A stretch of 63,116 bases of DNA, the filler included, from Craspedostauros australis (lineage: Eukaryota), in the NCBI GenBank assembly GCA_030167865.1. It is 8 parts of 8 records of this genome, joined end to end, with 100 filler letters (N's around TTAATTAATTAA, not from the genome) between each part and the next. Parts side by side here need not be neighbours in the genome. Positions count along the whole stretch, not along the records: positions 33,725 to 39,293 come from JALAGF010005298.1; positions 39,394 to 42,710 come from JALAGF010005300.1; positions 42,811 to 44,277 come from JALAGF010005302.1; positions 44,378 to 57,286 come from JALAGF010005303.1; 4 more parts are not named here. The stretch is one strand, 5' to 3'. Both the position numbers and the translations under genes were made by a program. Under the pieces are notes generated by a model, which was not told the origin of the DNA, did not search any database, and saw only the letters and a program-made list of their open reading frames with translations. Below are positions 33,725 to 45,759 of the stretch, in pieces (the stretch's first letter is position 1; each line of letters begins with the position of its first letter).

Positions 33725-35711
33725 AGCGGTGCTCCGGAGGATCTGGCATTGCCGTGACTTCGGAGTCATCGGTCTCCTCAGAGATGTTACCCGTGGATGC
33801 GTCGCCGTCGTCATCTGAGATGACGCCGTGTGCATTATGTTCCGGCATGTCGCCGTCGTTGGGAATTATGTTTGGTTGACCGAACCATCGGTCAGCCGTG
33901 CCTGCTGGCGTGTTAGTCTCGGATACGCCCCTGATCTCCTGCGTCTCCGGCTCCGGTGGACCCGCCGCCGCCCCTGACTGCACAGCAATCGCGTCGATGG
34001 CCGCGCGGACCTGTCGAGCGAGTTCCGCCGGCAATGTCTTGGTTCTGGCGCGTTCGCCGGATTCGCCGCGTGTAATGGTGTGGATGATATCGAGCCGAGC
34101 GATGCGGTTGATCTCCGCGTCGGTGATGCGTGGAGGAATGGCGTCTTCGACGACACGCGGCTTGACGATGTTGCGCACAAGCGCGGTGCCTTTCGTAATG
34201 TCATTGCCCCGTGGTGACCATATGGTGTAGGTGAATGGATCACCGTGGTTCCATGCGATGCCAAGGAAGTACCCTGGTTTGAATGGATGGTTGGGAAATT
34301 TGGTCATGGGCTCGAAGAACCATACGGGCTGGAAGAATGTGAAGCGAAACATCGAGATGTCGGGAGTGTTGCCTCGAAGAATCTCAATTGGAGTGCGCCA
34401 TTGGAGGCTCGCCTTCGCCGTGTAGTTCCATGTGTCGATCGCGTGTTGCACAGCATAGCACCAGAATGAGAGTGGCGCCGAGGCGGCCCACAGAAGCTGG
34501 TATGCATGCCGCTTGACATTGCCAATCGCCCGTTCTGCGTGGTTCTGGTTCTGATTCATTGGCACAGTGAACTGGTGCTTGATCAGATAGCGGGATGTGA
34601 CCGCTTTCCATGCCTTGCCCGATTGCACTTGCGAATTGTCTGAAACGAGCAGGTCCGGAGCGCCGACGCGGGTGATGAAGTCCGTGAGCGCCCCTGGCGC
34701 CATGGCCTCGCGGCTCAGCGGCTTCGCCCAGATGAATTTCGACTGGCTGTGCGAAAATAGCTGGAAACACTTGTAGTGCCGGATGGACTGAATCGTAGAA
34801 AAGAACGTGTCCGTGTCGACTCTGCCGTTGATTCTTGCGGGTAGCATCACTCCTGCTCGCTGCGCTCGATACTGTCGTGGGATGAGCCTTGACTCTGCCT
34901 TGATTGGAGCATCCGCCAGCTGAGTGGATGCCGCCATCGTCTTCTCCACCACGTGTGGCGGAAGGTGACGGAAGATTCTCGTGAAATCGACCCGACCTGC
35001 GTTGCGTCGTAGACGCTGATGTCTGTCGCATATGATGATATGCTGCGCCGTTGCCATCTCGTGGGCTGTCGGCTTTCTGATGGGAATTCGGAGCGTGTTG
35101 CCTTCATGGTTCTCCAGTGGTATGCTGATTTCGTCCGATGAGACCCGCTGCTGTCCCTGATGTTCGATTAGGCAATCGTAGACGTTCAGTCCAGACGCGC
35201 GCATATGATGTGTGTTAAACAGTGATTCCGTCTGCTGTGGATGCTTGTCAAGAGCCACGTAGTTCGCTTTGATGAGGATCACGCCGCCTGATGGGGGCTC
35301 GTATGCTGCCACCGCGTCGACCATCTGGAATGTCNNNNNNNNNNNNNNNNNNNNNNNNNNNNNNNNNNNNNNNNNNNNNNNNNNCTCGATTGGTGAGTTG
35401 ATCGTCGCCCCTCGGGCACGAAACTCTTGTTGGTGTGTGTGGGTCACCTCCCAGCCCGATGCATGAACAATGTCTCCGTCCGCCCCTGAGTCTAGGATGA
35501 TAAAGCCTTGGCTATGGTTCGTTGCTCTTGCCCTTTGGATGCAGTGCTCCACTATCGGGTGGGTTGTGCACGGACGGGACTCTTGTGGTACCTCCGGACG
35601 TGCACGTCCGGGCATTCCCGCTGCGGTCGTCACGCTCGCCNCCCTACAGTCGCGGGGTTTGAGGTGGATGACAATCTCCGACTGACAGCGAGTTGTGCCC
35701 GTCTTTGATTG
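33725..35711 (-). CDS. pol (protease and integrase) of family B, in frame directly after the gag stop
   Basis: Open from 35711 to the gap, with aspartic protease DSGA and DDE integrase motifs. Confidence 0.8.
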
Positions 35712-37109
35712 TCAAGAACCGGCGTTCCATGATCCTTGGGTGCTGGGTCGTCCGGTCTTGTGATCGCCCGTGCGAGGCCGCTTGGGCCCTCGCTGGGTCA
35801 GTGGCAACTCGAGGTTGCGCGCGTACTCTGTTGGCTTGTTGCGCTTGAGTGTGTCTTCATCGATTGACTTCCCGGTGGTGCGGAAGTGACGAGACGCTTC
35901 GACGAGGAGCACTTGAGTGCTCGCCGGCATGCAACAGAAGACGGAGTCCGGCAACCGAAATGATGCGGCGCCCTTGCGATCCCACTTGGAGGATTCGCGT
36001 GGCCTCTTGCGGTCGTCCTTGGTGTCCTTCTGCTGGTAGCGACGGTTGCGCTTGGGAGAGTAGTGTCCCTCCGACTTTGTGAGGAGCGCATCATGTTGCA
36101 TGAATGCCTCCCGGATTGCGGTAAAGGACTGTTCCGTGTGACGGAATCTGGACATCTCGCTCGTGAAGCGATCGTCCGTGATGTTGCGGAAGAACTTTGC
36201 AATCTTCTGTTGGTCTGTCATTTGCTTCCCGTTCTGCTCCATGACGCGGATGCATTTGGAGAAAGCACTGACGAATACTGGGAAGGGCTCGGATCCGTTG
36301 TAACGGAGCTCGGCAATCTTCTGTTCTTCTTCGACAATGGCTTCAGCTTTGTGTTCGGGTGACTCGTATGTTCGCACAAGTGCCTGGAACGCATCGTGTC
36401 CGTTGGGTTCGTGGGCTTCCACGATGAACGCTGCACACCCATCCGCCGTCTTCGTGTGCAGCACTGTGTACAGCTGCTGGTCGATCTCCGGCTTGAAGTG
36501 CGATGGTTTGTCAGCGCTGAGATATGCAGCGTATCTGGATGTGACCAGCTGGCGCTTGAATGCGATCTTTCAGTCATACCAGTTGCAGTTCATTCCAGTG
36601 AACTCAGGTGCTTCTGGCATGCTGACCTTGTCGAACTTCCATCCTGATGGAGTTCGCGGGGTCCGTGGTGATCGTGATGTGCGTGTCGCGCGGCTCGGAG
36701 AGCTGACGGTGATCTTGTGGCTTGTTGCAACTGCCATCTCCGTGGCTGCGGCTGCCTCTCTGATTGCGATTTCCGATCGGACTTGAGCGGCTGCGTTCGC
36801 AACTGGCGTGCTGACCTCTGGTGGCACGTAGTTGTTCGCGTCGTTGAACAGGTCAATTGCTGCCCAATCTGTGCGCGCAGTGATCGTGTTGGCTCTTGCG
36901 TACACGAAGATGCGGAGGATGTTGGTGATGCTGATTGCTGATAGCGTTGGCGAAATCGTCAATGCCGCCACGATGGTCGCGTCCGAGCTGCGGATCGCGC
37001 GATCGAGTCTCCCGAGCTTCTCGCCAAGGAACTCCATCTCTTCATCATCGAGCTGAACCAGCTCTTGGATGATCTTGTTGAAGGTGTTGATGTTGGTTGG
37101 ACGGTCCAT
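35712..37109 (-). pseudogene. gag of family B, with one in-frame TGA at 36570-36572 (probably TGG to TGA)
   Basis: ORFs 36570-37109 and 35712-36464 are in the same frame. Motifs FTGMNCNWYD*KIAF, NGHDAFQALVRTYE and LRYNGSEPF are gag-like. Confidence 0.75.
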
Positions 37110-37170
37110 GGTGATAGCTCGAAAGGTGGTAAAAGGTGGTGTGGTGTTTGGTGTTGCTCAGTGTTGGTAA

Positions 37171-37185
37171 GCACGACTCTTAATC
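37171..37185 (-). promoter_or_regulatory. Primer-binding site complementary to the anticodon arm of tRNA-Lys(CTT) (half-tRNA priming)
   Basis: GATTAAGAGTCGTGC directly follows the LTR-terminal CA. Its complement GACTCTTAATC is the typical tRNA-Lys(CTT) anticodon stem-loop. Confidence 0.7.
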
Positions 37186-37355
37186 TGTCAAACAGTGCAA
37201 GTAACTACGAAAGACGTATTGGCCCGTTGTTTCGTGCCCTGGTCGGAGCTCTTGATGTTTATTTGTGAGTGCTGTCCGAAGACAGCCCCCGACCAGTATT
37301 TGACTAATAGGATTAGTAAAGAAGTAAGAAGTAAGGAATTCTGTGAGAATTGTCA

Positions 37356-37673
37356 GATCAACCAAGTGATGACCTGCCCGGCCCGCCCGCCCGAACGACA
37401 GTAGACGGCGATGTGGCATGCCGTGCGCTCGCAGCCCAGCAGCATCTGTTCCAGCTGCGTCGTGTCGGCGGTGGAGCCCATGTTCTCGATGAACGTGGCG
37501 TTGGGGATGCGGCCCTGGACCCATTCATCGGTGCGTCGCACATCGACGAGGACATCGAATTGGCCCATCTGCAAGCCATCGTACAGCTGTTGCGATGTCA
37601 GTTGGATTTGGGCATCGCAGACAGCGATTGCGGCGATCAGCAAGAGCAACGTGCGGATGGATGTGGTCGTCAT
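37356..37673 (-). pseudogene. Secreted rhodanese-domain protein truncated by LTR insertion
   Basis: Signal peptide MTTTSIRTLLLLIAAIAVCDA; LVDVRRTDEWVQGRIPNA; active-site loop VYCRSGGRA. The stop codon is the first three bases of the LTR. Confidence 0.85.
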
Positions 37674-38756
37674 GGTGCTGATTGTGTTGGCAAGATAAAT
37701 GATCGTTGTGGCGCAACTGGGATTATGATCGTCAGGATGGCGTTGGCGTTGAGCTTCACTTTGCCGAAGAGTGAGTTGTTGTGTGGTACATTTCTCCGCA
37801 TTGGCCTGTTCTGCACCGTACGAGGTCCAGATCGCAGTTGATGCACTCGCGATAACACTAGTTGTGGAGTTTTGGCCCCTTGTTGCCACTGGTTTGCTTG
37901 CTTTTGGGAGAAACGGCGATTGGATATTTAGAGCTATTTCGTGTTTGCTCTCGCTGATCCGTCTTCTACGTCACAGGGAACGGATTCCACGTCTGTTGGA
38001 AGGCTCCGCGCACGGAGAATCGGTAGTAGTCAACACTCTTTGTCGAAAGTGTTTCTGTTACTGTTACTGTTGTTGCTATTGATTGTTGGTGAGCGAGCGT
38101 GAGGTATGAGATGATCAAGATGCTCTTTTGATCCATCTCTTCCTTGCTCTCATTGCTTGGTGCAATCCTCTTGCACCTCCATGTACATTGCTCTCATGTT
38201 GCTCGTTGATGTTGACTTGATCATCAACCTCGTCGTTTCTCTCTCGTTGTCTCGTCGTTGTTCCATTCTCGGGTTTTGTTGAATCTGATGATTGATCGAA
38301 TCTGATGGAATATTCACAACATATTTCATTCCTGTAGACCTGGTAGTTAAGATCTTGATGTGACGTCATGTGTGATGGATACTGTCGTATCCGCTGGTAT
38401 CGCGGTATCCTGGCATTGTAGTATCGCGGTGTCTTCGTGGTACAGCGATGGTATCGCTGTGACGTCATAGTTTTGTGTCGTGATTCCGCCACCGAATAGT
38501 CTAGATGGCGGCAAGCAAGTGTGACTGATGCATACACATCCGAGTACACACATTCCGACACACGTCATGCAAAACGAGTCACAACAGAGGAAGAGACATC
38601 GTGTGGCTCTTCCTCCACAAGACAACGTGATGACTGTGCGAAGCAACGAGCACACACGATGCTACAGTGTGATCTTTGCCATCGCAGCAGCAGCAGCAGC
38701 GCAAGCAAGGGGCCAAACTGGGCCTTGTGTCCGCGACGTTGGAATCTGTAGGGACG

Positions 38757-39293
38757 ATGTTTGGAAGAAAGGCTGCCGGCAATGATGCATCCAAGTCAGA
38801 GAAGGGTGGGGCAACTACGGACGCTCAATCGAACACCACCCCCACTGTGCTCAAAGCAGCAACGTCAACCGCAACCTCCGTCGACCAACGCAATGCCACG
38901 ACGGCAGGCAGCGGAGCCACTTCAGTCAAATCCACACCCTCCACTCAACACGCCACAGCCAGCGGATGCTCGGCGGCGCCGAGCTCCGTCCGAGTCGGAG
39001 AGAACCAAGCCCGAAACAACCCTGCCATTGTGGCACTGTCCAGGAAAGAGGCGGAAGGTTCGGTATCTGTCATCCCTGCACCCACTTCGGTCAGAAAGAT
39101 GCGTGGTAAGCAGGCGGTGGCGGCCTTCGGTGCAATTGCTGCCTCTCAGTCGATGCCAAAGTTCTACAACAATTCGCTTGGCAAGGAATCACCATCCAGG
39201 ATTGGACAAAGAGTTGAGATTCAATGAGGGACAGACTATTACCGAACACGGTATCAACCCGATGGGAGAAATTCTTATTTTGGCGCGAAATCT
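38757..39293 (+). pseudogene. Possible gene fragment: S/T/A-rich region, then IGQRVEIQ*GTDYY (Tudor-like if the stop was Trp)
   Basis: The frame stays open past TGA 39225-39227 up to the gap; the similarity is judged by eye only. Confidence 0.3.
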
Positions 39294-41576
39294 NNNNNNN
39301 NNNNNNNNNNNNNNNNNNNNNNNNNNNNNNNNNNNNNTTAATTAATTAANNNNNNNNNNNNNNNNNNNNNNNNNNNNNNNNNNNNNNNNNNNNTCGACTC
39401 CATGATGAGCAGGCCACCTTCCCTCCAAGGACGGATCTGATCTTGACGATGAGTACCGCCGCGATCAATTCGCACATGACCGTTGCATGCTGTTCGATGT
39501 GGAGTACCCGAATGCAAGTCGTGACTGAAACAGTAGTTGAGGAAGCTCTCTCGATGACGAAGCACGCAATAGCAATCCGCTCCATGGAGGATGCGACGTT
39601 CCACGGTTCATTCTCATCAACTAGCTGACGGGTGTGAATGAGACATGATGGGAATCCACTGATCCGAATGCCTCCTTCCATCCCTCCATTCCGTTGTTGC
39701 TGCTGCAAATGGTGTTGTTGTTGTTATTGTTGGGCATCACTATCAAGGAGGACCGCGCCCGTTGTATCGTCTATTGCTCATCGTCGATCATGATCAATCT
39801 CACCGCGAAGTCTGCTGCAGATTCTGCAGTCGCTGTTCATCCCTGTGAGTAAGCATATGCTCGTGCTTGTCCTCGTTGGCCCGATGGCTAATAGAGCCCA
39901 AACGTAATGGCTGTTGTCTTGTTGGCTGTTCTTTAGCTGTAGGCAGAGGCTTGACTGGCAAGCGATCCGGNNNNNNNNNNNNNNNNNNNNNNNNNNNNNN
40001 NNNNNNNNNNNNNNNNNNNNNNNNNNNNAATACTGGTAGATGGTGAAGAAACGTGCGGATTATGAGATTAGTGCTATGGTTCTTCTCTTCGAGGGGAATC
40101 TCCTGTGATGTCATGTATGACAATGCGTGTGGGTTGTGTAGCCCAAGTACCGTGGGTCGAGATCCGTCGTCTGGGTTCTGTGAGAGACAATGGGCGATGA
40201 TGATCGTTGTTGTGGTTTTGGTTCCGTGCGTCGGCGTTTTGGCGATGGTGGGTGTCAGAAACTTGGTTATCGGAAGCCCATTGGTTCCCTGACACGAATT
40301 CCGAAGATCCGCTTCAAGGTTCTGGATCTGTCTCCAAACGTGGGGTTCGGCGAAGTGTCCGTTCGATCTACTGGAATGCTGACGAGTCAGAGGATTCGTA
40401 GTCTCTCTCGCTAAGGTGGTTACTAGTTTAGCTCTATTAATGGCAATCCATTCCAAGGACTTCCCATTGCATCATGGTGAAGATCTGTTGTGTGTTCGAG
40501 TGTCCGTCTTGACCGTTCCCAGAAGAGCGAGGCGGTTGATGATCGCAGCTCGCTTGGCGTGCCGTACCATGCGCGTATTTGCTGGCCGATGATGATCAAT
40601 AATGATCGATAGTGACAACTCCAAGGACGGGCATCGCCTCGGGATCGTGCTTGTGCTTGCGGGGATAGGCTGCGAAGGGCAACCGTGAAGGATAGTGGTA
40701 TGTCCACCGCGTGCCTGTCCAACGTGTTCACTCTGTACATACGAGTGTGAGCGTTGGTATTGGTCTTTGCGTTGACGTTTGCTCTGTTGCATATTGCGGC
40801 AGCGTCGACGATGCGGTCTGTGGCGCAGTCGGCAGCGTTGTCAATATCACCAAAACCCAGCGCTCGTCAGATGGTGCGGTGGACGGGTGGGCAGCGCCTT
40901 GGAGATGATTGATTGCTCATGCCAGCAGCACTCTGCTCGTCATGCCGCCACCCTGGGAACTCTCGTAATTGTGTGTACGAGTACGACTGAAGTGCCTCTG
41001 CTTCCACATTTTCAGAATGCTCGTGCTTGTCAAAGCAGTGACATGGAGAACTACTACACAACATGTCGATCGGGGCATCGGGAGAGCAACATCAACTCTC
41101 ACAGCCATCATCATCATGTGTCAATACGGTTGTAACATTCTCGGCCGCCCTTGTACTCGTACTGTTGCATGTACTCGTGCATTTGGTGCTAGTGATTTTC
41201 TTTACGTGTAATATTGGTAAGACTGCAATGCAGCCTTTCATTTCGGAGGGCCATGCATTGGTACTGGCATAAGTATCGTTGCGCAACTCATCAGAACCAC
41301 CAGATGTTCTGAAGGATGCATGCCTGGATGGATGCATAGATTGGAAACACCGAACCCCTTTTCGGTGTGCTTCTTTGGTTGGCGTCGGCAATGAACGACG
41401 CCTTCGTGAGGCATGTGGCATTTGCCGTCTTGGTCTGGCTGCCTGGTTGTTGCTTCACGGCACAATGCCCGCAGTTCCCCCGTCGTTGTTGTGATTCGTA
41501 GCCGCCGTTGGGTCCAACTTTTTGGCCGTGTTCTTTTGCGGGGTTTGGGTTTGCTTGAAGCATGTTGCTCACGTGC

Positions 41577-42710
41577 TTATCTTTCATTCTTCCCTTGTTT
41601 GAGGTGCCCAGGTTCTTGCTTGAGCGAATCGTACGGGTACGATGCCTCATCTTTTACTGGTCCATCCAGGAGTGCGGCGTGCTCACCTTGTTTTGCAACT
41701 TGGTGATGACCCTGACTCAATGCCACCATCTGGTTCTTCAGGATGGTGGACTTGTCCACCACGAAAGGAACGTATGGGAATTCTCCGAGTTGGTAGTCCC
41801 AAGCAACTGTCTCTTGCGCACCTGCAACAGTGAAGATCCGGTCTTCGCCAAAGAGAGGGTCCAGTCCCGGGCTCGTCGTTGCGACGGCATTATTCAGGTA
41901 CTCTCCCATGTCTGGACTTGTGCCATTTGCGTAATCTTTGGCTTTGATACAGATCGTTCGCAAGCTGTGGCGTTTCTTGTGTGACTCGGTTGTCAGCGAC
42001 TCCACAAGGAAAGTGACATACACGTCTGCGAGGTCGCTCTTGCCTTCTGCGATGCTGATGAATGGCAGGCGGAAAGCATCTTTCACGACGCCTCTGGTTG
42101 TGTGTTGAGATGTGCGGGCGGGACCAGAGAGTCGCTTTTCGAGCCTTCGGAGCTTGCTGTGGATGCGGAGTAGGTCCTCATCGGCCAATATTGAATGGTT
42201 GGACTCCAGTGTCTGTTGGATCGCGTCTGAACCAACTCTATACAGCCAAGTTACTTTTAAGTTTCCACCTTCATCAAACTGAACTTTGTTCATGTTGCGA
42301 AATGCACCGCTCCCCGTTTCTGCAGCAGCCTTGAGGCGTTCCTTGTCTGCGTCTGTCGTGACGGAAGTCATCATGGACTTGTGGAAGTAAACTCCTGGAA
42401 TGTGCGGCCCTTCCAAGAGAAAGACGGCGTGGGCACCCTTGAGAGACCAAAATTGATCGCCGATCATTTTCATCACAGGTTTCGGGCCTGCAGTCGTTTC
42501 GCATGTGTAGGAGGAGGAAGTTGGCGCAGCAGCCGCGCCAGCCGCAGCAGCTGCACCAGCCACGTCATCTTCCTCGATAGTCTCGGTGACGGCCATTCCA
42601 ACCTTGCCCAGAGCAGCCATGATGTCTGCCTCCTGTTGGACAGTTGTGCCATGATCGTAGTTCTCGGCAGGAGCAGCAAGGACCCGCCCGTTCTTGTCCT
42701 TCTTCACAAC
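41577..42710 (-). CDS. Hypothetical protein, 5'-truncated by the gap
   Basis: Open frame of >=376 codons with protein-like composition; no family recognised. Confidence 0.55.
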   Translation of the reverse strand, partial: VVKKDKNGRVLAAPAENYDHGTTVQQEADIMAALGKVGMAVTETIEEDDVAGAAAAAGAAAAPTSSSYTCETTAGPKPVMKMIGDQFWSLKGAHAVFLLEGPHIPGVYFHKSMMTSVTTDADKERLKAAAETGSGAFRNMNKVQFDEGGNLKVTWLYRVGSDAIQQTLESNHSILADEDLLRIHSKLRRLEKRLSGPARTSQHTTRGVVKDAFRLPFISIAEGKSDLADVYVTFLVESLTTESHKKRHSLRTICIKAKDYANGTSPDMGEYLNNAVATTSPGLDPLFGEDRIFTVAGAQETVAWDYQLGEFPYVPFVVDKSTILKNQMVALSQGHHQVAKQGEHAALLDGPVKDEASYPYDSLKQEPGHLKQGKNER

Positions 42711-42810
42711 NNNNNNNNNNNNNNNNNNNNNNNNNNNNNNNNNNNNNNNNNNNNTTAATTAATTAANNNNNNNNNNNNNNNNNNNNNNNNNNNNNNNNNN
42801 NNNNNNNNNN

Positions 42811-44277
42811 TTGTCAACCATCACATCCACAGGTCTCTCCATCCTCAATCCATATACTCGTGTCCGACACGAGCTTCGTCACTCTCAGCATCTCGTATGC
42901 TGTGGTCGTTGGCCCATCCAACACCTTCGTCAGTTCTCGGATGGCATTCGCGACGTCTGGTCTTGTTGTCAACCATCAGGTATAGCAGTACACCCACACC
43001 ACTGTGGTATCTGCTGTGTCGATCCATATCGACCTTGGGTGCTTCGTTGTTCCTCTGGATCCCTTGGCCATGTATACCAGGTGTTCCATATCTTTGAAGC
43101 TTTGTTGTTCCTCTTGAATGATGAGTGGCTGGTTCACCCAGCGGTTGGTCTTGCTCTCATTGGATCCGATGCGGCAATTCAAGTAGTCCTCGAGACCATT
43201 CTCGATCTTGATTCCGAATCACTCTCCCTTGATGTTCTTCACCGATTGCTTCAGCTCGAGTGTGCTTCCGATGCACAGGCGATCGTCGGCGTACGTCCTG
43301 ATGAGGACGAGGCTCCCTTCCCGATTCCGGATTAGCAGACATGGANNNNNNNNNNNNNNNNNNNNNNNNNNNNNNNNNNNNNNNNNNNNNNNNNNNNNNN
43401 NNNNNNNNNNNNNNNNNNNNNNNNNNNNNNNGATGGTCTTCTTCAGCGGCAGGCATCCATCCGGTTCGTGTTCCTTTCTCTTGGGACACTGCATGTAGAT
43501 CTCTTCTCCTTGAAGACCCACTTCATCTTCATTCACTGCCGATCCCTCGGCATCTCGCTCTTCTTGATCTTCTGCCAGACTCCTCGTCTGACCATGTCGT
43601 AGAACTCCTTGTTGATGGCCTNNNNNNNNNNNNNNNNNNNNNNNNNNNNNNNNNNNNNNNNNNNNNNNNNNGGATTAGCAGACATGGATCCGCCTTGCTC
43701 TGCCAGAAGCCAAGCTTGGTCAATGTGTTCACAAGCTCCTCATTTCATTGCCTCGCGCTCTGCACCGACCCATAGATGGTCTTCTTCAGCGGCAGGCATC
43801 CATCCGGTTCGTGTTCCTTTCTCTTGGGACACTGCATGTAGATCTCTTCTCCTTGAAGACCCACTTCATCTTCACTCACTGCCGATCCCTCGGCATCTCG
43901 CTCATCTTGATCTTCTGCCAGACTCCTCGTCTGATCATTTCGTAGAACTCCTTGTTGATGGCCTCCTGCCATCTCTTTCACTTTGCTTCGCTGGATCCGC
44001 ATGGTCCCAGCATTCTTTGGATGTGGTGGGGTCCAGCATCATAGCNGTGTATGCATGCTTGGACGTCTCATTCCCTCTCTCGTGGTTGCTGGGGTCTTCT
44101 CTGCTTCCTCAGCTGACTCACCACCTCCACTGCTTGAATCTGAGTCGGACTGGTGTTCTGGCGCGTTGTTGTGCGGTGCCAAGCCGCGTATCGTCCGTGG
44201 CATCCTCGCCACTGGTCTCATGGGAGAGTACTCAAGGTCCTCGCTTTCAGCGATTGCCTCCGGGTCACTCGTACTTC
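42811..44277 (-). pseudogene. Degenerate copia RT fragments with internal deletions and duplicated segments
   Basis: IKKEFY.M.RRGVWQKIK, KWVFK, EEIYMQCP, KKTIYGSVQSARQ*, SKADPCLL, YADD and SGVGVLLYL, with frameshifts and stops. Confidence 0.85.
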
Positions 44278-45759
44278 NNNNNNNNNNNNNNNNNNNNNNN
44301 NNNNNNNNNNNNNNNNNNNNNTTAATTAATTAANNNNNNNNNNNNNNNNNNNNNNNNNNNNNNNNNNNNNNNNNNNNTGTGATGTTGTGATGTTGTGATC
44401 TTTTGATTTTATGATGTGATGGGAAGGGGAGATGTGACGACAAAAATGGGATGGAGAGACCGAAATTGGGAGGGACGGGCTCGCCGAATCAATTTTTGCG
44501 ACAGTCCCGCTGGCCAAAAAACGATTCACGAGTAGTTCAGGCTCTGATTGCGACACAAGCATCCTAACAACCCCATCGAAAGCGACACATGGCTGGATCG
44601 CCCATCTCTCAAGCTTTCTTCAGGTATGAAGAAAACGATATGTTACACGTAAACGTCGACGTCAAAATGGAGAATCCGTGAAATTTTTTTGCTATTTGGA
44701 TTCACTATAGGCCCTGGGTCATGAAGGGATAGCACCCAAGAAGGCATCCGTTCCCGCTGCGTGCCTACACGTAGAATAAACGAGGCGGAATGAAAGCGCC
44801 CCCGGCGCATGACTTAACTGTCATAATCAATGTGTTATATATATATATACATAAAAGGGGTTAATTCATGTATGAATTGGGTGTAAGACTCGTCTACCCC
44901 GATAATGGAACCATATTGTAGATATGTACAATCCATCCATTTGTCTCAGACAATGTCGCACTCGCATTCCAGGAACCTTTATATGTAAATATATATATAA
45001 CCGCAGCTTACAACGTAGATTCAACCAAGATTCAAAAGCTGCGTCAAAATATGTAATTACTTACTATTTCTGAGTATGAGTCTATGAATTAGACAGAGGA
45101 CTTTCTCAGACGCGTTCTCAATGGCTCGACCCGTTCGATCTATCAGATGGAGACTTTCTCTTTCTGGTTGTGATGGATCTGATGTCGTGTGTCATCCGAA
45201 CAGTCCCTCTTTCTCTTTGTTCATTGTCGTCCATGGAGCAGGCAGTATCGTCGCTTTTCGTTCTCATCCATCAACAGCGCCCATGTTCTCTTTGTTCATC
45301 TTTGTTCATCGGGCCACGGCCAAACCCATCATAGACTTCACTTTTGATCATGCAATGAGCGGTTTCGCTTTCTTCCTTCTCGTTCATATCATTACCAGCC
45401 GCAACATCACTGACACATTCTCGTGGCAACAGCATGGTATGGTGGAGATCCACCAGCGTGGATCAAGCAGCAGAGAAGCAGGTCAACACAGTGTTGGGGT
45501 GGATGGGATGGCAGGGCGGGCAGTGCAGGGTGTTGAGAGAGGTGAAGAGAGATGAAGAGGAAGGAGAGCCAAGCAACACACGACGTCTCTCTCATAAAAT
45601 CTCAACGTGAACATGCTCATCCGATCATCCCTTCGTTTCCTCACATTCGCGTTAATCAACAGCAACACCAACATCAGAAGCGACATCATCAGCAACAGCA
45701 ACAGCAACAGCAAACTCAACAACGCCGGCCACCACCACCACCACCACCAAGATCACGCA

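Larger units (their letters stand above)
33725..37355 (-). mobile_element. Ty1/copia LTR retrotransposon (family B, CoDi-I-like): 5' LTR, PBS, gag, protease and integrase; RT lost in the gap
   Basis: LTR 37355-37186 (TGACA...TGACA) and gag from ATG 37109. Protease ILDSGAD; integrase VDTDTFF...LVSDNS...QNHAERAI...FWCYA. Confidence 0.88.

Noticed and set aside
44378..45120. AT-rich tract, possibly a transposon end (similar at 55130-55500)
   Set aside because: I could not identify TIRs, a TSD or a coding remnant.
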